Below are positions 52,092-59,155 of a stretch of 64,000 nucleotides of DNA, piece after piece. Source of the DNA: an archaeon (GTDB taxonomy: Archaea; Nanobdellota; Nanobdellia; Pacearchaeales; GW2011-AR1); assembly GCA_018651605.1 (NCBI GenBank), contig JABIDS010000013.1, positions 717 through 64,716 of the forward strand, in the 5' to 3' direction. Every line of letters starts with the position of its first letter. Position 1 is the stretch's first letter. Position numbers and translations under genes: made by a program. Under the pieces are notes generated by a model that saw only the letters and a list, made by a program, of their open reading frames with translations, did no database searches and was not told where the DNA came from.

Positions 52092-52137
52092 AGATTTTAT
52101 TGAGGTTATGAGTTTTCTTTTTGGTTGTTGATGAGAT
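52092..52137 (+). repeat. dispersed ~45-nt intergenic repeat, copy 1
   Basis: agattttattgaggttatgagttttctttttggttgttgatgagat versus 54246-54289 agatttattggggtatgagttttctttttgattgttgataggat (about 40 of 46 positions). It is preceded by the GC-rich hairpin gcgactggac-aa-gtcca(a)gtcgc at 52040-52062. Confidence 0.7.
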
Positions 52138-52189
52138 ATATAGTTTGTGTTGCAATTAATTTTATTAATGTTTATGTTCGTCTAAATTT

Positions 52190-52429
52190 ATGTCTGATCA
52201 AAAAATCCTTCCTGGAAATATTTATCTTAATATTACTAGGGCAAGTGCAACTCGTAAATTAAGAGTTGATATTTATAAGGTTCTTGATGGATCTCATATG
52301 TCTCATGGAATAAGTCATGGTAAGAATTATGGGAGTTTTTTTCTCCAAGATGAAAGGGGTTTGGATAGAGATTTGTCTGAAATGACTGTTTCAGAATTAG
52401 TTGAGATGGTGGAAGTTAATTTAGAATAA
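52190..52429 (+). CDS. hypothetical protein
   Basis: 79-aa ORF with a TATA-like box about 25 nt upstream. Confidence 0.4.
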   Translation: MSDQKILPGNIYLNITRASATRKLRVDIYKVLDGSHMSHGISHGKNYGSFFLQDERGLDRDLSEMTVSELVEMVEVNLE

Positions 52430-52431
52430 TT

Positions 52432-53643
52432 TTATTCTCCATAAACTCTCTGCACCTTTTCTTTAAATTCTTTAAATGTTCCTTTTTTGATATGTTCTTT
52501 GGCTTGTTTGATTAAATTTTGTAAATAGTAAAGATTATGGTAAGATGCTAAATGTTTTCCTGTAGGTTCTTCTTGTTTTAAGAGAAATCTTATATAGGCT
52601 TTTGTGTAGTTTTTGCATGTTTTGCAATTGCAGTTTTTGTCTATAGGTGTTTTATCTGTTTCATATTTTTTGTTTAGGAGTTTGAGTTTTCCTTTTGATG
52701 TGAAGAGTGTTCCTCTTCTTGCGTTTTGAGTTGGAAGTCTTGAGTCGAATATATCTACTCCGTAGGAGATTGCTTCAAGTATTTCTGATGGGGAGCCTAT
52801 TCCCATTAAGTAAACTGGTTTGTTGTTTGGAATGATTGTTTTTTGTTGTTTGACTATTTTCATTTCTTCTTGAAATGTTTCTCCCATTCCAAAACCTCCT
52901 ATTGAGTATCCGTCAAAGTTGAGTTTTGTTAATTCTCGTGCTGATTGTTTTCTTAAATCTTTATGGATTCCTCCTTGAGTTATTCCGAAGAGAAGTTGTT
53001 TTTTTGTTTTATTCCTTTTTTCCCTTTCGGCATTATCAATCCCTATTAACCCACCCGTCCCACCCTTAATTGGGATAATGCCTAAACCTTTTTTACCCCT
53101 CCTTTGCAATTTGTCATGGGTTTCTTTACATCTTTTTGCCCAATTTGTTGTTAGATTTACTGCTGTTTGTATTTCTTTTTTTGAATCTTCATATAATGGC
53201 ATTCTATCTAAACACATTGCAACATCGCTGTTGATGTCTGTTTGTATTTTCATGTTTTCTTCAGGTGTCATGAATATTTTTTCTCCTGAGATTGGGTTTT
53301 TGAATGTAACTCCTTTTTCATTTGATTTTATGTAGATTGATGGTGAATACATTTGAAATCCTCCGGAATCTGTGAAGTTTATTAATTGTGTGTTCATGAA
53401 TTTTTTTATTCCTCCTAGTTTTTTTATTGTTTTTGTTCCAGGTCTTAAAGATAGAATGAATGCGTTTGAGATTGTTGCTGTTGCTCCTAGTTTTTTTAGT
53501 TGTGATTGTGTTAAGAATTTTGCTGCTGCTTTTGTTGAGACTGGCATAAAAAAAGGTGTTTGGATTTCTCCTGATTTTGTTATTAGTGTTGCGATTCTTG
53601 CTTTTGTTTTTTTGTCTTGATGGGTTATTGTGAATGGTTGCAT
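52432..53643 (-). CDS. tgt: tRNA-guanine transglycosylase, catalytic domain only; resembles the bacterial/eukaryal queuine-type Tgt
   Basis: TPFFMPVSTKAA, ISNAFILSLRPG, DRMP, LFGITQGG, DGYSIGG, YLMGIGSP, DIFDSRLPTQNARRGTLF, and the Zn motif CNCKTCKNY...H. There are no C-terminal PUA or ArcTGT-specific domains. Confidence 0.85.
   Translation of the reverse strand: MQPFTITHQDKKTKARIATLITKSGEIQTPFFMPVSTKAAAKFLTQSQLKKLGATATISNAFILSLRPGTKTIKKLGGIKKFMNTQLINFTDSGGFQMYSPSIYIKSNEKGVTFKNPISGEKIFMTPEENMKIQTDINSDVAMCLDRMPLYEDSKKEIQTAVNLTTNWAKRCKETHDKLQRRGKKGLGIIPIKGGTGGLIGIDNAEREKRNKTKKQLLFGITQGGIHKDLRKQSARELTKLNFDGYSIGGFGMGETFQEEMKIVKQQKTIIPNNKPVYLMGIGSPSEILEAISYGVDIFDSRLPTQNARRGTLFTSKGKLKLLNKKYETDKTPIDKNCNCKTCKNYTKAYIRFLLKQEEPTGKHLASYHNLYYLQNLIKQAKEHIKKGTFKEFKEKVQRVYGE
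53029..53082 (-). repeat. in-frame palindromic G-tract element inside tgt
   Basis: + strand: ggcattatcaatccctattaacccacccgtcccacccttaattgggataatgcc. It is 54 nt and encodes GIIPIKGGTGGLIGIDNA, just upstream of the conserved LFGITQGG block. Confidence 0.85.
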
Positions 53644-53887
53644 GATTGGGATAAGTTTTGGTTGTTATTTAAGGTTTGGGTTGGGTTGGGTTGGTAGTTG
53701 GTTTTGGTTGGGTTGGGAATATTTCCAACCCTGCGGAAAGCCGGTTTCACCTTTTCCTTTCCGCACCTAGGTTTTGAAATCTTGTTAAAGAGTTCTTTTA
53801 TGTAGGTGATGGAATTGATTTTTTTATAAGTTGGTTGAATTTTTTTAGTATAATAATACTTATATAATAAAAAATGTTTAAATTATA

Positions 53888-54115
53888 ATGAAAGGAAAAA
53901 GTGAATGTGTGAAAAAACTTGAAGAACTGTTTAGAAAACGAAATAAGTGCGAGGCGAATGGACATCCTTTTGAACAAAATGTGCTGACTCCATATCAGGG
54001 TGGAAGTTCTCAGGTTTTTGTGAAGTGTAGTGGGTGTGAAGCACTCTATGATAGGCGTCCAACAAGTGACGAGGTAGAAGAATATTATAATCTTTTCAAA
54101 TTAGAATTTCGATAA
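53888..54115 (+). CDS. small hypothetical protein (possible Cys4 zinc ribbon)
   Basis: 75 aa; C..(CEANGH)...CSGC spacing; TATA-like cttatataat about 25 nt upstream. Confidence 0.4.
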   Translation: MKGKSECVKKLEELFRKRNKCEANGHPFEQNVLTPYQGGSSQVFVKCSGCEALYDRRPTSDEVEEYYNLFKLEFR

Positions 54116-54122
54116 GTTTAAT

Positions 54123-54172
54123 ATAGAGAAAATAAACCTTTGCCTTTAGGCAAAGGACGTCGTTTTCTCTAT
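54123..54172. repeat. nested hairpin with a TTTA-looped inner stem
   Basis: atagagaaaa-taaa-cctttgcc-ttta-ggcaaagg-acgtcg-ttttctctat. Confidence 0.7.
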
Positions 54173-54179
54173 CTCTTAA

Positions 54180-54239
54180 AAACAAGGGGCTGTTTCAAAC
54201 CCACACCTTTAGGTGTGGGTGCCCCATTGTTTTTCAGAT
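54180..54239. repeat. nested-hairpin element, copy 2 (the other copy is 26638-26696)
   Basis: aaacaaggggctgtttcaaacccacacctttaggtgtgggtgccccattgtttttcagat. The inner stem cccacacc/ggtgtggg differs from copy 1 by compensatory changes. Confidence 0.75.
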
Positions 54240-54245
54240 AGTGTT

Positions 54246-54289
54246 AGATTTATTGGGGTATGAGTTTTCTTTTTGATTGTTGATAGGAT
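54246..54289 (+). repeat. dispersed ~45-nt intergenic repeat, copy 2
   Basis: See 52092-52137. Confidence 0.7.
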
Positions 54290-54395
54290 TGATTGTTGAC
54301 AAGAGAAATATTTAGGAGATTATTAAGATTTGTGGAGAAAAGGAAAAGTGCGAGCATGGCTTTTCGTGGGGAATTGTATGAATTAATAATAAGTT

Positions 54396-55358
54396 TTATG
54401 CAGTTTCTCTTTCTTGATAGAGTCTGAAGAAATTATCTATTGGAGATTCTATTGGAGGACCCCATTTTTTTGCATTTTCTTTGTGATATTTTTTGACATC
54501 ATCATCTTTTGCAAGAATTGTGAATTTGAAAAAAGTATGAAATACTTCTTGTTGTGTTGGGTCTGAGATTATTGAGGGTTGTGTTGGTTCATATTGTGGA
54601 GGGTTTGTTTCAGGGTTTGTGTTTACTTTTATTTCAATTGAAGATTGATAAGGGTTTGTTGTTAAAATTATTTTACTTTGAGGAGGGAATAGATAAAGTT
54701 TTCTGTCCCACCCTATGTATGGGCTTATTGTTTCTGTAAGTGGGCTTGTTAAATTGTCTTTTAGTATTTTATCTAGGACTTTTTTGTTTGATTTTGTGAA
54801 TGTTAATTCTGGGTCTAGTTTTAGATTGTCGTATTTTTGGTCTAATTCTTGGTTGCTGTATTTTATGAATTGTTTTGCTCCTTCTTGGAGTTCTTTTAGT
54901 AAGTCTTCGTGATTTATTGGACCGGGATGAATAACTGGGAATCCTTTGAGTACCGGAGTTATGGTGCTTTGCATTGGTGTGTCTTTTATTAGATTGTAAA
55001 ACTCTTGTTTATCCTTTCCATTTGGAAGATTTTCCCATGTTTGTTTTTCAAATGCAAATTGGGCATTAACTGTGTGAACTAGTCCTTTTGCTTTCATTAC
55101 TGGTCTTGTGGCGATTATATGGTATTCTATTGGTTCTGTTGGTGTAGGTGTTGTTAATGAAGGGGTTTGATAGGGTGTTGAAATTGGTTCAGGAGTTGGG
55201 TTTGGTTTAGGGGTTAATGAAGGGGTTTGGTTTGGTGTATTTTTAGAACGTCTAGAACGTCTAGGGCTTGGTTCAGAGTGAGCATAAGTTGGTAGAATTA
55301 AAGTTGTTGCGGTTGTTGCGATTGTTGCAAGGGCAGTTCTTCTTGATATTAGTTTCAT
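54396..55358 (-). CDS. secreted hypothetical protein with a twin-arginine-like signal and a Pro/Thr-rich linker
   Basis: MKLISRRTALATIATTATTLILPTYAHS, followed by PSPRRSRRSKNTPNQTPSLTPKPNPTPEP. Confidence 0.6.
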   Translation of the reverse strand: MKLISRRTALATIATTATTLILPTYAHSEPSPRRSRRSKNTPNQTPSLTPKPNPTPEPISTPYQTPSLTTPTPTEPIEYHIIATRPVMKAKGLVHTVNAQFAFEKQTWENLPNGKDKQEFYNLIKDTPMQSTITPVLKGFPVIHPGPINHEDLLKELQEGAKQFIKYSNQELDQKYDNLKLDPELTFTKSNKKVLDKILKDNLTSPLTETISPYIGWDRKLYLFPPQSKIILTTNPYQSSIEIKVNTNPETNPPQYEPTQPSIISDPTQQEVFHTFFKFTILAKDDDVKKYHKENAKKWGPPIESPIDNFFRLYQERETA

Positions 55359-55492
55359 TTTCGTATATTTGTTTTATTTAATCAGAACTCTTTCCCAGGG
55401 GTAAAATTATAGTGTTTTTTGGGTTTTTAAAACTTGGGGTTTGGAGTATTGAGTATATAAAAATTTAAATAAATTAAAGTTATTAGATAGAT

Positions 55493-55858
55493 ATGAAATC
55501 AGAGGATTTAAAGAAAAAAACACCTTTTATGAGACAAGGGTTTTTGAATGATTTGGTTGGAAATTACTGTGATGAAAATGAATTAGATGAGGTAAAAGAA
55601 GCATTAAAATTAAAAAATTTGAAAGTAGTTAATGCAGGAGATAAATATTCTTTTATTTTGTTAAATGATTTATATTATTTTATTGAAATGAATTCAGATT
55701 ATTTTGCACCTGGAATTATTGAAATTCCTGTATTTAGAGTGGAAGAGATGGATTTTGAAAATGATAGGTTAGAGTTATTAGGAGTAGATTCTGATAGAGA
55801 TTCGCCATTAGTTCGGGGATTGTATTCAGTTGTTGAGAGGGATACTTATATTCCTTAA
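55493..55858 (+). CDS. hypothetical protein
   Basis: 121-aa ORF with TATA-like gtatataaaaa upstream. Confidence 0.45.
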   Translation: MKSEDLKKKTPFMRQGFLNDLVGNYCDENELDEVKEALKLKNLKVVNAGDKYSFILLNDLYYFIEMNSDYFAPGIIEIPVFRVEEMDFENDRLELLGVDSDRDSPLVRGLYSVVERDTYIP

Positions 55859-55931
55859 ATAGGATTGATGATATTTGAGACTTTTATTTATTTATCAAAA
55901 GTATTTTATAGTTTAATATTTTGGTAGTATT

Positions 55932-56588
55932 ATGGTTTATAAGATTAAGTTTTATTTTTTTTGGTTGGCTGTGATTTGTGTAGCTGTGTTTGGATTGCAG
56001 AATTTGCCTGGGATTCCAGGTTTTACTGATACGTTTGTTTTGAATGATAAGGCTGTTAATGATTTTCAGATTTGGAGGTTTGTTAGTGCAGTGTTTTTGC
56101 ATGGGGGTGGAGGGCATTTGTTGTATAATATGTTTGCTCTTTTGCTTTTTGGATTTATTTTGGAAAGATTGATTGGTAGTAAGAGATTTTTGTTTGTGTT
56201 TTTTGTAAGTGGTATTATTGGAAATTTGATTGGTGTTAATTTTTATAATTCTTCGCTTGGTGCGAGTGGAGCTATTTATGGGATTTTGGGTTGTATTATT
56301 ATTTTGCGTCCAATGATGATGGTTTGGGCTTTTGGAGTTATTGTTCCTATTTTTGTTGCAGGGATTTTTTGGATTATTGGAGATATTATGGGTGTGTTTG
56401 GTTTTGGTGATGAAGGAGTTGGGCGATTTGCTCATCTTGGTGGGATTTTTGTTGGGTTTGTGATGGGCTTGTGGTGGAGGTTTGGTGGTGGTTGGAAGGT
56501 TGTTGATAAAAAAGAAAAAGTTGAAATTTCTGAAGAGGTTGTTGATAAGTCTATTGAGGAGTTTGAGAGGATTTATATGAGAGGTTAA
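55932..56588 (+). CDS. rhomboid-family intramembrane serine protease
   Basis: WRFVSAVFLHGGGGHLLYNM, catalytic GASGAIYGILG (GxSG), and HLGGIFVGFVMG (catalytic His helix). Confidence 0.85.
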   Translation: MVYKIKFYFFWLAVICVAVFGLQNLPGIPGFTDTFVLNDKAVNDFQIWRFVSAVFLHGGGGHLLYNMFALLLFGFILERLIGSKRFLFVFFVSGIIGNLIGVNFYNSSLGASGAIYGILGCIIILRPMMMVWAFGVIVPIFVAGIFWIIGDIMGVFGFGDEGVGRFAHLGGIFVGFVMGLWWRFGGGWKVVDKKEKVEISEEVVDKSIEEFERIYMRG

Positions 56589-56635
56589 TTTTAAATAGTT
56601 GTTTTGTTTATTTTTAAAAAGAGAAAGGAGGTAAA

Positions 56636-56839
56636 ATGGGATTTTTTAGTGATAAGGTGAAAAATATAGATGCGTTTGATGTAGCTCTGATTAAGTTATC
56701 TGTGGCTGCTTTTACATTGTTTGTTATAACAATTTGGCAAGGGGCTATGGATTGGGTGCATTCAGTAAATACTTGGTATTTTCTTGTAGCATTTGTAATT
56801 TTTGCGATAAGGCCTGTGTATAGGTCTTATTTTAAGTAA
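56636..56839 (+). CDS. small membrane protein
   Basis: 67 aa, two hydrophobic helices, GGAGG SD. Confidence 0.5.
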   Translation: MGFFSDKVKNIDAFDVALIKLSVAAFTLFVITIWQGAMDWVHSVNTWYFLVAFVIFAIRPVYRSYFK

Positions 56840-56887
56840 TGTTTAGTTGTTTTTTTATTTTTATTTATTTTGTTTATTGGAGTTAAG

Positions 56888-57274
56888 ATGAGAAAAAGAA
56901 AGTTGAGTAAGAGAAGGATGAGTAAGGAGTTGAGAATATTGGTTTGGAGTTTTTTAATTGGAATTGTTTCTATGGTTGGACATAATTTGTTTTATGCTCT
57001 TGGTGAGGTGTTTTCTGGTTTTGGAATTTTCTTTGAAGTGTTGTCGGTGATTTTGTTTTTCTTGACTTTGATTTCTGCTTTTTTGTTTTTTATTGTTGTT
57101 ATTTATGTTGGTGTTAAGTATTTGATTTTTGGAAAACCTAGGGATGGTTGGAAAATTGGTTGGATAGGTTTGGTTTTGATGGTTTTCTTTTTAATTGTTG
57201 GGATGAATAGTTTGTGGTTTTATGTTTTTGCTGGTGTGTTGATTTTGTTTTTTATAGGTAGAATTGTTAGGTAG
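56888..57274 (+). CDS. membrane protein (4 TM helices)
   Basis: MRKRKLSKRRMSKE basic N-terminus followed by hydrophobic helices. The track start at 56870 is TTG. Confidence 0.5.
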   Translation: MRKRKLSKRRMSKELRILVWSFLIGIVSMVGHNLFYALGEVFSGFGIFFEVLSVILFFLTLISAFLFFIVVIYVGVKYLIFGKPRDGWKIGWIGLVLMVFFLIVGMNSLWFYVFAGVLILFFIGRIVR

Positions 57275-57364
57275 ATTGGCTTTTCACTATGAACACTATT
57301 CTTCAATATATGAATAGTATCCCAATATAGTCCTTTTTATTAAGATTAATTCTCTATAGATAGT

Positions 57365-57901
57365 ATGAGTTCAGTTCAATTAGAAAAGACATTGGGACAG
57401 GAGATTTATGAGTTTTGTTTAGATAGTCATAGGATTGTTGATTTGGATATGTTTAAGAGGGAGTGTGGTGGGTATGGTGGTTCTTTGGATATGTTATTAG
57501 AGGAATATAATGCGGGGATTGTTAAGGCTCGGGGTGTTTTGGAGGATTCTCCTATTGATGTTGAAGGAGAGTGGAAGAGTTATAGGGAGTTAAGGGAGAT
57601 TGCTAATTCATTAGAAACTGGTTATGGTTTGTCTGGTTTAGAGATGGGTGAGATATTAGATTATGGATATAAGCCTTTTAAGAAAAGGGAAAAAGAAGGG
57701 ATTGTTGAATATTGGGTTGATTATGGTCCTTGTTCGGATGATTCTGCAAAATATGGTAGTTGTTTTTGTTCTTTTGTTCCAAATGATAAGTTTGATATCT
57801 GGAAAGGGGCTTTTAATGATTTGAATAATTATTCTGGGATGGTTGGGGTTTTAGGTGGGATGAAGGGTGATGGTGGGATGAGTGTGGAAAGTGATTTTTG
57901 A
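57365..57901 (+). CDS. hypothetical protein
   Basis: 178-aa ORF with a TATA-like box about 25 nt upstream. Confidence 0.5.
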   Translation: MSSVQLEKTLGQEIYEFCLDSHRIVDLDMFKRECGGYGGSLDMLLEEYNAGIVKARGVLEDSPIDVEGEWKSYRELREIANSLETGYGLSGLEMGEILDYGYKPFKKREKEGIVEYWVDYGPCSDDSAKYGSCFCSFVPNDKFDIWKGAFNDLNNYSGMVGVLGGMKGDGGMSVESDF

Positions 57902-57942
57902 GAATATAAATCTTTAATAATTTGATTATTGTGGTTGTTATA

Positions 57943-58878
57943 ATGAAGCCGATAAATTTAAACATGGAGCTTGATTTTTTTGATGTTTATAGAAGGCTTT
58001 CTTGTGATTATTTTGATGTTGTGGAGAGGACTATTTCTGAGAGACTTTCTCCGACTACGTTGAGGAGTCCTGAGCGTTTGGAGAGTGCGTCTGAGTCTAT
58101 TGATAATGTTTTGCATTATTGTGTTGATAATTTGAAGAGTATTTTTCCTGGTTCTGGAATTTTTTGGGATGATCAAAGAGAGGATGCTCCTGAATATGGG
58201 TGTTGTCCGCGTGTTGTGGTGGATGTTGTTGATGGGGCGAGAAATCTTCAAAAGGGTGGGACAGAGGTTTCGTCTACTTTGGCGATTGTAAGGGGAGATG
58301 ATATTCCTCTTGCAATAGTTTCTTATCCGTTTGGTAAGGAGAGGATTGTCGATGTTAATGGGGAGGTTTATTGGATACCGAATCATATAGAGAAGAGGGT
58401 TGATTTTATTAGGGGGGAGATTGATAGGTATAGGGCATTGCCTTGGAAGCCTAAGGAAATGTTGGAGGATTTTAGGGTTTCTGAAAGGTATGATGTTCTT
58501 GATGATGATATTAGGGAGAGGTTGGATGAGTTGAGGTATAAAGTTAATGGGACTATTATAAGGCCGGCTGGTTCTCTTGCGAAAATGCTTATGGCGATTG
58601 TGTCTGGTTCGTGCGATGTTTTTATAACTCGGAAGAAAAATCGTCCTATTAATTTTTATGATTATCTTGCTCCTTATAATATAATTAAGGATATAGGTGG
58701 AGTGTTTACTGATTTGGATGGTAATGAGCCTGATGGGATTTCGGATATGGATGGGATAATTGCTGGTTCTTGTGTTGAGAATTATGAGATGTTTGTTGGG
58801 TGGATGGGTGGTGATGAAGGGATGGGTTTGGTGGGGAAGAAGGCTGAATGGGAAATTGGGGGTTTGTTGGGTTTTTGA
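57943..58878 (+). CDS. possible inositol-monophosphatase-fold protein (degenerate motifs)
   Basis: VVDVVDGARN is reminiscent of the DPxDGT motif. GSLAKMLMAIVSGSCDVFI and DYLAPYNIIKDIGGVFTDLDGNE resemble the C-terminal IMPase blocks. The track start at 57922 is TTG. Confidence 0.4.
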   Translation: MKPINLNMELDFFDVYRRLSCDYFDVVERTISERLSPTTLRSPERLESASESIDNVLHYCVDNLKSIFPGSGIFWDDQREDAPEYGCCPRVVVDVVDGARNLQKGGTEVSSTLAIVRGDDIPLAIVSYPFGKERIVDVNGEVYWIPNHIEKRVDFIRGEIDRYRALPWKPKEMLEDFRVSERYDVLDDDIRERLDELRYKVNGTIIRPAGSLAKMLMAIVSGSCDVFITRKKNRPINFYDYLAPYNIIKDIGGVFTDLDGNEPDGISDMDGIIAGSCVENYEMFVGWMGGDEGMGLVGKKAEWEIGGLLGF

Positions 58879-58920
58879 GTGGTGGAAAATAATTCTGTTT
58901 TTGAGAATTAGGAGGGTTGT

Positions 58921-58964
58921 GGGGTTTCTAAAGGGGAAGTGAGGGGTTTTGGGGGTGGATGGGG
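58921..58964 (+). other. cluster of five G4-G5 runs (canonical G-quadruplex motif) in the intergenic region
   Basis: GGGGtttctaaaGGGGaagtgaGGGGttttGGGGGtggatGGGG. Confidence 0.6.
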
Positions 58965-59006
58965 AGAAAGAGTTAAATACTTCTAGTTAGTAACAAATTT
59001 AAGAAT

Positions 59007-59099
59007 ATGGAGAATAGAATTAAGAAGGCAGGGTTTGAGTTGGGTGAGGAGTTGGATGTTGAGGTTAAGGATGGGGAAGTTAGGTTGAGGAGGAAATAG
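59007..59099 (+). CDS. 30-aa mini-ORF resembling an AbrB/SpoVT swapped-hairpin segment (possibly a remnant)
   Basis: My own translation gives MENRIKKAGFELGEELDVEVKDGEVRLRRK. The G..LGEEL.VEV.DG.V.L pattern is typical of AbrB-type antitoxins, but the ORF is very short. Confidence 0.25.
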   Translation: MENRIKKAGFELGEELDVEVKDGEVRLRRK

Positions 59100-59155
59100 T
59101 TTATTAGTTTTTAGTAGTGATATAAACTTAAATAATCTTGATTTATTGATAGTTT

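Noticed and set aside
53678-53717. gggttgggttgggttgg ... ggttgggttggg, a telomere-like (GGGTT)n run upstream of tgt.
   Set aside because: Only three contiguous units plus two more 20 nt away. GT-rich runs are frequent on this strand (for example 38440-38545 and 51994-52035). It is probably compositional, so I note it only as a weak G4 candidate.
54123-54239. Nested hairpins considered as H/ACA guide sRNAs or C/D-box sRNAs.
   Set aside because: No ACA box follows the lower stems. There is no K-turn or K-loop (sheared GA pairs) in the upper stems. The internal loops are small (4+6 nt or 9+1 nt). No RUGAUGA/CUGA box pairs are present.
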